DNA of 64,000 bases, from positions 1,728,699 to 1,792,698 of the forward strand of contig CM082581.2 of the NCBI GenBank assembly GCA_040954595.2, in the 5' to 3' direction. Below are positions 42,770-57,200 of this stretch, piece by piece (the stretch's first letter is position 1; each line of letters opens with the position of its first letter). Under the pieces are notes generated by a model, which made no database searches, was not told the DNA's origin, and saw only the letters and a list, made by a program, of their open reading frames with translations. Position numbers and translations under genes: made by a program. The DNA comes from Balanoglossus misakiensis. Its lineage: Eukaryota > Animalia > Hemichordata.

Positions 42770-45700
42770 CATTTCTCCCCTGCCAAGAATGGAAGCAACA
42801 AACTCTCAGCCGTTATTTCTCCCCTCCCGACAATGGCGGCAACAAAGTTTACTCTCTGCCCCCATTTCTCCCCTCCCGAGAATGGCGGCAACAAACTCTC
42901 TGCCATCATTTCTCCCCTCCCAAGAATGGCAGCATAAATTCTCTGCCATCGTTTCTCCCCTCCCAAGGATGGCGGCAATAAATTCACTGCCATCATTTCT
43001 TGCCGCCATCGTTTCTCCCCTCCCAAGGATGGCGGCAATAAATTCCCTGCCATCATTTCTCCCCTCCCAAGGATGGCGGCAATAAATTCCCTGCCATCAT
43101 TTCTTCCCTCCCGTGAATTGCGGCATGAAATTCTCAGCCGTTATTTATCCCCTCCCAAGAATGGCGGCAACAAATTCTCTGCTCTCATTTCTCCCCTCCC
43201 AATAATGGCGCCAATAAATTCTCTGCCATCATTTCTCCCCTCCCGAGAATGGCGGCAACAAACTCTCTGCCATCATTTCTCCCCTCCCAAGAATGGCGGC
43301 AATACATTCTCTGCCATCGTTTCTCCCCTGCCAAGAATGGCAGCAACAAACTCTCTGCCATCATTTCCCCCCTCCCAAGAATGGTGGGAATAAATTCTCT
43401 GCCATCGTTTCTCCCCTTTCAAGAATGGCAGCAACAAACTCTCAGCCGTTATTTCTCCCCTCCCAAGAATGGCGGCAATAAATTCTCTGCCATCGTTTCT
43501 CCCCTGCCAAGAATGGCAGCAACAAACTCTCAGCCGTTATTTATCCCCTCCCAAGAATGGCGCCAATAAATTCTCTGCCATCATTTCTCCCCTCCCGAGA
43601 ATGGCGGCAACAAACTCTCTGCCATCATTTCTCCCCTCCCAAGAATGGCGGCAATACATTCTCTGCCATCGTTTCTCCCCTGCCAAGAATGGCAGCAACA
43701 AACTCTCTGCCATCATTTCTCCCCTCCCAAGAATGGCGGCAATAAATTCTCTGAAATCGTTTCTCCCCTTCCAAGAATGGCAGCAACAAACTCTCAGCCA
43801 TTATTTCTCCCCTCCCAAGAATGGCGGCAATAAATTCTCTGCCATCATTTCTCCCCTGCCAAGAATGGAAGCAACAAACTCTCAGCCGTTATTTCTCCCC
43901 TCCCGACAATGGCGGCAACAAAGTTTACTCTCTGCCCCCATTTCTCCCCTCCCGAGAATGGCGGCAACAAACTCTCTGCCATCATTTCTCCCCTCCCAAG
44001 AATGGCAGCATAAATTCTCTGCCATCGTTTCTCCCCTCCCAAGGATGGCGGCAATAAATTCACTGCCATCATTTCTTGCCGCCATCGTTTCTCCCCTCCC
44101 AAGGATGGCGGCAATAAATTCACTGCCATCATTTCTCCCCTCCCAAGGATGGCGGCAATAAATTCCCTGCCATCATTTCTTCCCTCCCGTGAATTGCGGC
44201 ATGAAATTCTCAGCCGTTATTTATCCCCTCCCAAGAATGGCGGCAACAAATTCTCTGCTCTCATTTCTCCCCTCCCAATAATGGCGCCAATAAATTCTCT
44301 GCCATCATTTCTCCCCTCCCGAGAATGGCAGCAACAAACTCTCTGCCATCATTTCCCCCCTCCCAAGAATGGTGGGAATAAATTCTCTGCCATCGTTTCT
44401 CCCCTTTCAAGAATGGCAGCAACAAACTCTCAGCCGTTATTTCTCCCCTCCCAAGAATGGCGGCAATAAATTCTCTGCCATCGTTTCTCCCCTGCCAAGA
44501 ATGGCAGCAACAAACTCTCAGCCGTTATTTATCCCCTCCCAAGAATGGCGCCAATAAATTCTCTGCCATCATTTCTCCCCTCCCGAGAATGGCGGCAACA
44601 AACTCTCTGCCATCATTTCTCCCCTCCCAAGAATGGCGGCAATACATTCTCTGCCATCGTTTCTCCCCTGCCAAGAATGGCAGCAACAAACTCTCTGCCA
44701 TCATTTCTCCCCTCCCAAGAATGGCGGCAATAAATTCTCTGAAATCGTTTCTCCCCTTCCAAGAATGGCAGCAACAAACTCTCAGCCATTATTTCTCCCC
44801 TCCCAAGAATGGCGGCAATAAATTCTCTGCCATCATTTCTCCCCTGCCAAGAATGGAAGCAACAAACTCTCAGCCGTTATTTCTCCCCTCCCGACAATGG
44901 CGGCAACAAAGTTTACTCTCTGCCCCCATTTCTCCCCTCCCGAGAATGGCGGCAACAAACTCTCTGCCATCATTTCTCCCCTCCCAAGAATGGCAGCATA
45001 AATTCTCTGCCATCGTTTCTCCCCTCCCAAGGATGGCGGCAATAAATTCACTGCCATCATTTCTTGCCGCCATCGTTTCTCCCCTCCCAAGGATGGCGGC
45101 AATAAATTCACTGCCATCATTTCTCCCCTCCCAAGGATGGCGGCAATAAATTCCCTGCCATCATTTCTTCCCTCCCGTGAATTGCGGCATGAAATTCTCA
45201 GCCGTTATTTATCCCCTCCCAAGAATGGCGGCAACAAATTCTCTGCTCTCATTTCTCCCCTCCCAATAATGGCGCCAATAAATTCTCTGCCATCATTTCT
45301 CCCCTCCCGAGAATGGCGGCAACAAACTCTCTGCCATCATTTCTCCCCTCCCAAGAATGGCGGCAATACATTCTCTGCCATCGTTTCTCCCCTGCCAAGA
45401 ATGGCAGCAACAAACTCTCTGCCATCATTTCCCCCCTCCCAAGAATGGCGGCAATAAATTCTCTGCCATCGTTTCTCCCCTTCCAAGAATGGCAGCAACA
45501 AACTCTCAGCCGTTATTTCTCCCCTCCCAAGAATGGCGGCAATAAATTCTCTGCCATCGTTTCTCCCCTGCCAAGAATGGCAGCAACAAACTCTCAGCCG
45601 TTATTTATCCCCTCCCAAGAATGGCGCCAATAAATTCTCTGCCATCATTTCTCCCCTCCCGAGAATGGCGGCAACAAACTCTCTGCCATCATTTCTCCCC

Positions 45701-45900
45701 TCCCAAGAATGGCGGCAATACATTCTCTGCCATCGTTTCTCCCCTGCCAAGAATGGCAGCAACAAACTCTCTGCCATCATTTCTCCCCTCCCAAGAATGG
45801 CGGCAATAAATTCTCTGAAATCGTTTCTCCCCTTCCAAGAATGGCAGCAACAAACTCTCAGCCATTATTTCTCCCCTCCCAAGAATGGCGGCAATAAATT
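42770..45900 (+). repeat. Three tandem copies of a ~1-kb higher-order block (periods 1076 and 988 bp)
   Basis: ORF triplets 42769/43845/44833 and 43073/44149/45137. Each copy carries the TTGCCGCCATC insertion monomer and GAATTGCGGCATGAAA. The two periods differ by exactly two monomers (88 bp). Confidence 0.9.
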
Positions 45901-45959
45901 CTCTGCCATCGTTTCTCCCCTGCCAAGAATGGCAGCAACGAACTCTCTGCTCTAATTTC

Positions 45960-48900
45960 TCCCCTCCCAATAATGGCGCCAATAAATTCTCTGCCATCAT
46001 TTCTCCCCAGGCAAGAATGGAAGCAACAAATTCTCTGCCATCATTTCTTCCCTGCCAAGAATGGAAGCAACAAATTCTCTGCCATCATTTCTCCCCTGCC
46101 AAGAATGGAAGCAACAAACTCTCAGCCGTTATTTCTCCCCTCCCGACAATGGCGGCAACAAAGTTTACTCTCTGCCCCCATTTCTCCCCTCCCGAGAATG
46201 GCGGCAACAAACTCTCTGCCATCATTTCTCCCCTCCCAAGAATGGCAGCATAAATTCTCTGCCATCGTTTCTCCACTCCCAAGGATGGCGGCAATAAATT
46301 CACTGCCATCATTTCTCCCCTCCCAAGGATGGCGGCAATAAATTCCCTGCCATCATTTCTCCCCTCCCGTGAATGGCGGCAAGAAATTCTCAGCCGTTAT
46401 TTATCCCCTCCCAAGAAAGGCGGCAACAAATTCTCTGCTCTAATTTCTCCCCTCCCAATAATGGCGCCAATAAATTCTCTGCCATCATTTCTCCCCTCCC
46501 GAGAATGGCGGCAACAAACTCTCTTCCATCATTTCTCCCCTCCCAAGAATGGCGGCAATACATTCTCTGCGATCGTTTCTCCCCTGCCAAGAATGGCAGC
46601 AACAAACTCTCTGCCATCATTTCCCCCCTCCCAAGAATGGCGGCAATAAATTCTCTGCCATCGTTTCTCCCCTTCCAAGAATGGCAGCAACAAACTCTCA
46701 GCCGTTATTTCTCCCCTCCCAAGAATGGCGGCAATAAATTCTCTGCCATCGTTTCTCCCCTGCCAAGAATGGCAGCAACAAACTCTCAGCCGTTATTTAT
46801 CCCCTCCCGTGAATGGCGGCAACAAATTCTCAGCCGTTATTTATCCCCTCCCAAGAATGGCGGCAACAATTCTCTGCTCTCATTTCTCCCCTCCCAATAA
46901 TGGCGGCAATAAATTCTCTGCCATCATTTCTCCCCTCCCGAGAATGGCGACAACAAACTCTCTGCCATCATTTCTCCCCTGCCAAGAATGGAAGCAACAA
47001 ACTCTCAGCCGTTATTTCTCCCCTCCCAAGGATGGCGGCAATAAATTCACTGCCATCATTTCTCCCTTCCCAAGGGGCGGCAATAAATTCCCTGCCATCA
47101 TTTCTCCCCTCCCGTGAATGGCGGCAACAAATTCTCAGCCGTTATTTATCCCCTCCCAAGAATGGCGGCAATAAATTCTCTGCCATCATTACTCCCCTGC
47201 CAAGAATGGAAGCAACAAACTCTCAGCCGTTATTTCTCCCCTCCCGACAATGACGGCAACAAAGTTTACTCTCTGCCACCATTTCTCCCCTCCGAGAATG
47301 GCGGCAACAAACTCTCTGCCATCATTTCTCCCCTCCCAAGAATGGCAGCATAAATTCTCTGCCATCGTTTCTCCCCTCCCAAGGATGGCGGCAATAAATT
47401 CACTGCCATCATTTCTCCCCTCCCAAGGATGGCGGCAATAAATTCCCTGCCATCATTTCTCCCCTCCCGTGAATGGCGGCAACAAATTCTCAGCCGTTAT
47501 TTATCCCCTCCCAAGAATGGCGGCAACAAATTCTCTGCTCTCATTTCTCCCCTCCCAATAATGGCGCCAATAAATTCTCTGCCATCATTTCTCCCCTCCC
47601 GAGAATGGCGGCAACAAACTCTCTCCCATCATTTCTCCCCTCCCAAGAATGGCGGCAATACATTCTCTGCCATCGTTTGTCCCCTGCCAAAAATGGCAGC
47701 AACAAACTCTCTGCCATCATTTCTCCCCTCCCAATAATGGCGCCAATAAATTCTCTGCCATCATTTCTCCCCAGGCAAGAATGGAAGCAACAAATTCTCT
47801 GCCATCATTTCTTCCCTGCCAAGAATGGAAGCAACAAATTCTCTGCCATCATTTCTCCCCTGCCAAGAATGGAAGCAACAAACTCTCAGCCGTTATTTCT
47901 CCCCTCCCGACAATGGCGGCAACAAAGTTTACTCTCTGCCCCCATTTCTCCCCTCCCGAGAATGGCGGCAACAAACTCTCTGCCATCATTTCTCCCCTCC
48001 CAAGAATGGCAGCATAAATTCTCTGCCATCGTTTCTCCACTCCCAAGGATGGCGGCAATAAATTCACTGCCATCATTTCTCCCCTCCCAAGGATGGCGGC
48101 AATAAATTCCCTGCCATCATTTCTCCCCTCCCGTGAATGGCGGCAAGAAATTCTCAGCCGTTATTTATCCCCTCCCAAGAAAGGCGGCAACAAATTCTCT
48201 GCTCTAATTTCTCCCCTCCCAATAATGGCGCCAATAAATTCTCTGCCATCATTTCTCCCCTCCCGAGAATGGCGGCAACAAACTCTCTTCCATCATTTCT
48301 CCCCTCCCAAGAATGGCGGCAATACATTCTCTGCGATCGTTTCTCCCCTGCCAAGAATGGCAGCAACAAACTCTCTGCCATCATTTCCCCCCTCCCAAGA
48401 ATGGCGGCAATAAATTCTCTGCCATCGTTTCTCCCCTTCCAAGAATGGCAGCAACAAACTCTCAGCCGTTATTTCTCCCCTCCCAAGAATGGCGGCAATA
48501 AATTCTCTGCCATCGTTTCTCCCCTGCCAAGAATGGCAGCAACAAACTCTCAGCCGTTATTTATCCCCTCCCGTGAATGGCGGCAACAAATTCTCAGCCG
48601 TTATTTATCCCCTCCCAAGAATGGCGGCAACAATTCTCTGCTCTCATTTCTCCCCTCCCAATAATGGCGGCAATAAATTCTCTGCCATCATTTCTCCCCT
48701 CCCGAGAATGGCGACAACAAACTCTCTGCCATCATTTCTCCCCTGCCAAGAATGGAAGCAACAAACTCTCAGCCGTTATTTCTCCCCTCCCAAGGATGGC
48801 GGCAATAAATTCACTGCCATCATTTCTCCCTTCCCAAGGGGCGGCAATAAATTCCCTGCCATCATTTCTCCCCTCCCGTGAATGGCGGCAACAAATTCTC

Positions 48901-49490
48901 AGCCGTTATTTATCCCCTCCCAAGAATGGCGGCAATAAATTCTCTGCCATCATTACTCCCCTGCCAAGAATGGAAGCAACAAACTCTCAGCCGTTATTTC
49001 TCCCCTCCCGACAATGACGGCAACAAAGTTTACTCTCTGCCACCATTTCTCCCCTCCGAGAATGGCGGCAACAAACTCTCTGCCATCATTTCTCCCCTCC
49101 CAAGAATGGCAGCATAAATTCTCTGCCATCGTTTCTCCCCTCCCAAGGATGGCGGCAATAAATTCACTGCCATCATTTCTCCCCTCCCAAGGATGGCGGC
49201 AATAAATTCCCTGCCATCATTTCTCCCCTCCCGTGAATGGCGGCAACAAATTCTCAGCCGTTATTTATCCCCTCCCAAGAATGGCGGCAACAAATTCTCT
49301 GCTCTCATTTCTCCCCTCCCAATAATGGCGCCAATAAATTCTCTGCCATCATTTCTCCCCTCCCGAGAATGGCGGCAACAAACTCTCTCCCATCATTTCT
49401 CCCCTCCCAAGAATGGCGGCAATACATTCTCTGCCATCGTTTGTCCCCTGCCAAAAATGGCAGCAACAAACTCTCTGCCATCATTTCTCC
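45960..49490 (+). repeat. 1764-bp near-perfect tandem block duplication
   Basis: Constant offset of 1764 (46061/47825, 46373/48137, 46813/48577, 47429/49193). Confidence 0.92.
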
Positions 49491-51269
49491 CCTCCCAAGA
49501 ATGGCGGCAATAAATTCTCTGCCATCGTTTCTCCCCTTCCAAGAATGGCAGCAACAAACTCTCAGCCGTTATTTATCCCCTCCTGTGAATGGCGGCAACA
49601 AATTCTCAGCCGTTATTTATCCCCTCCCAAGAATGGCGGCAACAATTCTCTGCTCTCATTTCTCCCCTCCCAATAATGGCGGCAATAAATTCACTTCCAT
49701 CATTTCTCCCCTCCCAAGAAAGGCGGCAACAAATTCTCTGCTCTAATTTCTCCCCTCCCAATAATGGCGCCAATAAATTCTCTGCCATCATTTCTCCCCT
49801 CCCGAGAAATGCGGCAACAAACTCTCTGCCATCATTTCTCCCCTCCCAAGAATGGCGGCAACAAATTCTCTGCTCTCATTTCTCCCCTCCCAATAATGGC
49901 TGCAATAAATTCTCTGCCATCATTTCTCCCCTGCCAAGAATGGAAGCAACAAACTCTCTGCCATCATTTCTCCCCTCCCAAGAATTTCAGCAATAAATTC
50001 TCTGCCATCGTTTCTCCCCTCCCAAGGATGGCGGCAATAAATTCTCTGCAATCATTTCTCCCCTCCCAAGGATGGCGGCAATAAATTCCCTTCCATCATT
50101 TCTCCCCTCCCGTGAATGGCGGCAACAAATTCTCAACCGTTATTTATCCCCTCCCAAGAATGGCGGCAACAAATACTCTGCTCTCATTTCTCCCCTCCCA
50201 ATAATGGCGGCAATAAATTCTCTGCCATCGTTTCTCCCCTGCTAAGAATGGATGCAACAAACTCTCAGCCGTTATTTCTCCCCTCCCGACAATGGCGGCA
50301 ACAAAGTTTACTCTCTGCCCCCATTTCTCCCCTCCCGAGAATGGCGGCAACAAACTCTCTGCCATCATTTCTCCCCTCCCAAGAATGGCAGCATAAATTC
50401 TCTGCCATTATGTATCCCCTCCCAAGAATGGCGGCAACAAATTCTCTGCTCTCATTTCTCCCCTCCCAATAATGGCGGCAATAAATTCTCTGCCATCATT
50501 TCTCCCCTCCCGAGAATGGCGGCAACAAACTCTCTGCCATCATTTCTCCCCTCCCAAGAATGGCGGCAATAAATTCTCTGCCATCGTTTCTCCCCTGCCA
50601 AGAATGGCAGCAACAAATTCTCAGCCGTTATTTCTCCCCTCCTTACAATGGCGGCAACAAGGTTTTTTCTCTGCCCCCATTTCTTCCCTCCCAAGAATGG
50701 CGGCAACAAATTCTCTGTTCCCATTTCTCCTCTCCCAAGAATGGCGGCAACAAATTATCAGCCGTTATTTCTCCCCTCCCAATAATACCGGCAACATACT
50801 CTCTATTCCCATTTCTCCCCTCCCAAGAATGGCGGCAACAAATTCTCTGCCATCATTTCTCCCCTCCCGAGAATGGCGGCAAGAAAGTCTCTGCCATCAT
50901 TTCTCCCCTCCCAAGAATGGCGGCAAAAAATTTTCTGCCATCGTTTCTCCCCTGCCAAGAATGGCAGCAACAAATTCTCAGCCATTATTTATCCCCTCCC
51001 AAGAATGGCGGCAACAAATTCTCTGCTCTCATTTCTCCCCTCCCAATAATGGCGGCAATAAATTCTCTGCCATCATTTCTCCCCTCCCGAGAATGGCGGC
51101 AACAAACTCTCTGCCATCATTTCTCCCCTCCCAAGAATGGCGGCAATAAATTCTCTGCCATCGTTTCTCCTTTGCCAAGAATGGCAGCAACAAATTCTCA
51201 GCCGTTATCTCTCCCCTCCCGACAATGGCGGCAACAAGGTTTTTTCTCTGCCCCCATTTCTCCCCTCCC

Positions 51270-54200
51270 AAGAATGGCGGCAACAAATTCTCAGCCGTTA
51301 TTTCTCCCCTCCCATTAATACCGGCAACATACTCTCTATTCCCATTTCTCCCCTCCCAAGAATGGCGGCAACAAATTCTCTGCCATCATTTCTCCCTTCC
51401 CGAGAATGGCGGCAACAAACTCTCTGCCATCATTTCTCCCCTCCCAAGAATGGCGGCAATAAATTCTCTGCCATCGTTTCTCCCCTGCCAAGAATGGATG
51501 CAACAAACTCTCAGCCGTTATTTCTCCCCTCCCGACAATGGCGGCAACAAAGTTTACTCTCTGCCCCCATTTCTCCCGACCCAAGAATGGCGGCAACAAA
51601 TTCTCTGCCATCATTTCTCCCTTCCCAAGGATGGCGGCAATAAATTCACTGCCATCATTTCTCCCCTCCCGAGAATGGCGGCAACAAACTCTCTGCCCCC
51701 ATTTCTCCCCTCCCAAGAATGGCGGCAACAAATTCTCAGCCGTTATTTCTCCCCTCCCATTAATACCGGCAACATACTCTCTATTCCCATTTCTCCCCTC
51801 CCAAGAATGGCGGCAACAAATTCTCTGCCATCATTTCTCCCTTCCCGAGAATGGCGGCAACAAACTCTCTGCCATCATTTCTCCCCTCCCAAGAATGGCG
51901 GCTATAAATTCTCTGCCATCGTTTCTCCCCTGCCAAGAATGGATGCAACAAACTCTCAGCCGTTATTTCTCCCCTCCCGACAATGGCGGCAACAAAGTTT
52001 ACTCTCTGCCCCCATTTCTCCCGACCCAAGAATGGCGGCAACAAATTCTCTGCCATCATTTCTCCCTTCCCAAGGATGGCGGCAATAAATTCACTGCCAT
52101 CATTTCTCCCCTCCCGAGAATGGCGGCAACAAACTCTCTGCCATCATTTCTCCCCTCCCAAGAATGGCGGCAATAAATTCTCTGCCATAGTTTCTACCCT
52201 CCCCAGGATGGCGGCAATAAATTCACTGCCATCATTTCTCCCCTCCCGTGAATGGCGGCAACAAATTCTCAGCCGTTATTTATCCCCTCCCAAGAATGGC
52301 GGCAACAAATTCTCTGCTCTCATTTCTACTCTCCCAATAATGGCGGCAATAAATTCTCTGAGATCATTTCTCCCCTCCCAAGAATGGCGGCAATAAATTC
52401 TCTTCCATCGTTTCTCCCCTTCCAAGAATTGCAGCAACAAACTCTCAGCCGTTATTTCTCCACTCCCAAGAATGGCGGCAATAAATTCTCTGCCATCATT
52501 TTCCCCTCCCGAGAATGGCGGCAATAAATTCTCTGCCATCGTTTCTCCCCTGCCAAGAATGGCAGCAACAAACTCTCAGCCGTTATTTCTCCCCTCCCGA
52601 CAATGGCGGCAACAAGGTTTACTCTCTGCCCCCATTTCTCCCCTCCCAAGAATGGCGGCAAAAAATTTTCTGCCATCGTTTCTCCCCTGCCAAGAATGGC
52701 AGCAACAAATTCTCAGCCATTATTTATCCCCTCCCAAGAATGGCGGCAACAAATTCTCTGCTCTCATTTCTCCCCTCCCAATAATGGCGGCAATAAATTC
52801 TCTGCCATCATTTCTCCCCTCCCAAGAATGGCGGCAACAAATTCTCTGCCATCATTTCTCCCTTCCCGAGAATGGCGACAACAAACTCTCTGCCATCATT
52901 TCTCCCCTCCCAAGAATGGCGGCAATAAATTCTCTGCCATCGTTTCTCCCCTGCCAAGAATGGATGCAACAAACTCTCAGCCGTTATTTCTCCCCTCCCG
53001 ACATTGGCGGCAACAAAGTTTACTCTCTGCCCCCATTTCTCCCGACCCAAGAATGGCGGCAACAAATTCTCTGCCATCATTTCTCCCTTCCCAAGGATGG
53101 CGGCAATAAATTCACTGCCATCATTTCTCCCCTCCCGAGAATGGCGGCAACAAACTCTCTGCCATCATTTCTCCCCTCCCAAGAATGGCGGCAATAAATT
53201 CTCTGCCATAGTTTCTCCCCTCCCAAGGATGGCGGCAATAAATTCACTGCCATCATTTCTCCCCTCCCGTGAATGGCGGCAACAAATTCTCAGCCGTTAT
53301 TTATCCCCTCCCAAGAATGGCGGCAACAAATTCTCTGCTCTCATTTCTACCCTCCCAATAATGGCGGCAATAAATTCTCTGAGATCATTTCTCCCCTCCC
53401 GAGAATGGCGGCAACAAACTCTCTGCCATCATTTCTCCCCTCCCAAGAATGGCGGCAATAAATTCTCTGCCATCGTTTCTCCCCTTCCAAGAATTGCAGC
53501 AACAAACTCTCAGCCGTTATTTCTCCACTCCCAAGAATGGCGGCAATAAATTCTCTGCCATCATTTTCCCCTCCCGAGAATGGCGGCAATAAATTCTCTG
53601 CCATCGTTTCTCCCCTCCCAAGAATGGCGGCAATAAATTCTCTGCCATCGTTTCTCCCCTGCCAAGAATGGCAGCAACAAATTCTCAGCCGTTATCTCTC
53701 CCCTCCCGACAATGGCGGCAACAAGGTTTTTTCTCTGCCCCCATTTCTCCCCCTCCCAAGAATGGCGGCAACAAATTCTCAGCCATTATTTATCCCCTCC
53801 CAAGAATGGCGGCAACAAATTCTCTGCTCTCATTTCTCCCCTCCCAATAATGGCGGCAATAAATTCTCTGCCATCATTTCTCCCCTCCCGAGAATGGCGG
53901 CAACAAACTCTCTGCCATCATTTCTCCCCTCCCAAGAATGGCGGCAATAAATTCTCTGCCATCGTTTCTCCCCTGCCAAGAATGGCAGCAACAAATTCTC
54001 AGCCGTTATCTCTCCCCTCCCGACAATGGCGGCAACAAGGTTTTTTCTCTGCCCCCATTTCTCCCCCTCCCAAGAATGGCGGCAACAAATTCTCAGCCGT
54101 TATTTCTCCCCTCCCATTAATACCGGCAACATACTCTCTATTCCCATTTCTCCCCTCCCAAGAATGGCGGCAACAAATTCTCTGCCATCATTTCTCCCTT

Positions 54201-57200
54201 CCCGAGAATGGCGACAACAAACTCTCTGCCATCATTTCTCCCCTCCCAAGAATGGCGGCAATAAATTCTCTGCCATCGTTTCTCCCCTGCCAAGAATGGA
54301 TGCAACAAACTCTCAGCCGTTATTTCTCCCCTCCCGACATTGGCGGCAACAAAGTTTACTCTCTGCCCCCATTTCTCCCGACCCAAGAATGGCGGCAACA
54401 AATTCTCTGCCATCATTTCTCCCTTCCCAAGGATGGCGGCAATAAATTCACTGCCATCATTTCTCCCCTCCCGAGAATGGCGGCAACAAACTCTCTGCCA
54501 TCATTTCTCCCCTCCCAAGAATGGCGGCAATAAATTCTCTGCCATAGTTTCTCCCCTCCCAAGGATGGCGGCAATAAATTCACTGCCATCATTTCTCCCC
54601 TCCCGTGAATGGCGGCAACAAATTCTCAGCCGTTATTTATCCCCTCCCAAGAATGGCGGCAACAAATTCTCTGCTCTCATTTCTACCCTCCCAATAATGG
54701 CGGCAATAAATTCTCTGAGATCATTTCTCCCCTCCCGAGAATGGCGGCAACAAACTCTCTGCCATCATTTCTCCCCTCCCAAGAATGGCGGCAATAAATT
54801 CTCTGCCATCGTTTCCCACCTTCCAAGAATTGCAGCAACAAACTCTCAGCCGTTATTTCTCCACTCCCAAGAATGGCGGCAATAAATTCTCTGCCATCAT
54901 TTTCCCCTCCCGAGAATGGCGGCAATAAATTCTCTGCCATCGTTTCTCCCCTTCCAAGAATTGCAGCAACAAACTCTCAGCCGTTATTTCTCCACTCCCA
55001 AGAATGGCGGCAATAAATTCTCTGCCATCATTTTCCCCTCCCGAGAATGGCGGCAATAAATTCTCTGCCATCGTTTCTCCCCTGCCAAGAATGGCAGCAA
55101 CAAATTCTCAGCCATTATTTATCCCCTCCCAAGAATGGCGGCAACAAATTCTCTGCTCTCATTTCTCCCCTCCCAATAATGGCGGCAATAAATTCTCTGC
55201 CATCATTTCTCCCCTCCCGAGAATGGCGGCAACAAACTCTCTGCCATCATTTCTCCCCTCCCAAGAATGGCGGCAATAAATTCTCTGCCATCGTTTCTCC
55301 CCTGCCAAGAATGGCAGCAACAAATTCTCAGCCGTTATCTCTCCCCTCCCGACAATGGCGGCAACAAGGTTTTTTCTCTGCCCCCATTTCTCCCCCTCCC
55401 AAGAATGGCGGCAACAAATTCTCAGCCGTTATTTCTCCCCTCCCATTAATACCGGCAACATACTCTCTATTCCCATTTCTCCCCTCCCAAGAATGGCGGC
55501 AACAAATTCTCTGCCATCATTTCTCCCTTCCCGAGAATGGCGGCAACAAACTCTCTGCCATCATTTCTCCCCTCCCAAGAATGGCGGCAATAAATTCTCT
55601 GCCGTCGTTTCTCCCCTGCCAAGAATGGATGCAACAAACTCTCAGCCGTTATTTCTCCCCTCCCGACATTGGCGGCAACAAAGTTTACTCTCTGCCCCCA
55701 TTTCTCCCGACCCAAGAATGGCGGCAACAAATTCTCTGCCATCATTTCTCCCTTCCCAAGGATGGCGGCAATAAATTCACTGCCATCATTTCTCCCCTCC
55801 CGAGAATGGCGGCAACAAACTCTCTGCCATCATTTCTCCCCTCCCAAGAATGGCGGCAATAAATTCTCTGCCATAGTTTCTCCCCTCCCAAGGATGGCGG
55901 CAATAAATTCACTGCCATCATTTCTCCCCTCCCGTGAATGGCGGCAACAAATTCTCAGCCGTTATTTATCCCCTCCCAAGAATGGCGGCAACAAATTCTC
56001 TGCTCTCATTTCTACCCTCCCAATAATGGCGGCAATAAATTCTCTGAGATCATTTCTCCCCTCCCGAGAATGGCGGCAACAAACTCTCTGCCATCATTTC
56101 TCCCCTCCCAAGAATGGCGGCAATAAATTCTCTGCCATCGTTTCTCCCCTTCCAAGAATTGCAGCAACAAACTCTCAGCCGTTATTTCTCCACTCCCAAG
56201 AATGGCGGCAATAAATTCTCTGCCATCATTTTCCCCTCCCGAGAATGGCGGCAATAAATTCTCTGCCATCGGTTCTCCCCTGCCAAGAATGGCAGCAACA
56301 AACTCTCAGCCGTTATTTCTCCCCTCCCGACAATGGCGGCAACAAGGTTTACTCTCTGCCCCCATTTCTCCCCTCCCAAGAATGGCGGCAACAAATTCTC
56401 TGTTCCCATTTCTCCTCTCCCAAGAATGGCGGCAACAAATTCTCAGCCGTTATTTCTCCCCTCCCGTGAATGGCGGCAACAAACTCTCAGCCCTTATTAC
56501 TCCCATCCCAAGGATGGCGGCAATACATTCTCTGCCATCATTTCACCCCTCCCAAGAATGGCGTCAGCACATTCTCTGCCATCATTTTTCCCTTCCCAAG
56601 AATGGCGGCAATAAATTCACTGCCATCATTTCTCCCCTCCCAAGGATGGCGGCAATACATTCCCTGCCATCATTTCTCCCCTCCCGTGAATGGCGGCAAC
56701 AAATTCTCAGCCGTTATTTATCCCCTCCCAAGAATGGCGGCAACACATTATCTGCTCTTATTTATCCCCTCCCAAGAATGGCGGCAACAAATTCTCTGCT
56801 CTCATTTCTACCCTCCCAATAATGGCGGCAATAAATTCTCTGCCATCATTTCTCCCCTCCCGAGAATGGCGGCAACAAACTCTCTGCCATCATTTCTCCC
56901 CTCCCAAGAATGGCGGCAATAAATTCTCTGCCATCGTTTCTCCCCTGCCAAGAATGGCAGCAACAAACTCTCTGCCATCATTTCTCCCCTCCCAAGAATG
57001 GCGGCAATAAATTCTTTGCCATCATTTTCCCCTCCCGAGAATGGCGGCAATAAATTCTCTGCCATCGTTTCTCCCCTGCCAAGAATGGCAGCAACAAATT
57101 CTCTGCTCCCATTTCTCCCCTCCCAAGAATGGCGGCAACAAATTCTCAGCCGTTATTTCTCCCCTCCCAAGAATGGCGGCAACAAATTCTCTGTTCCCAT

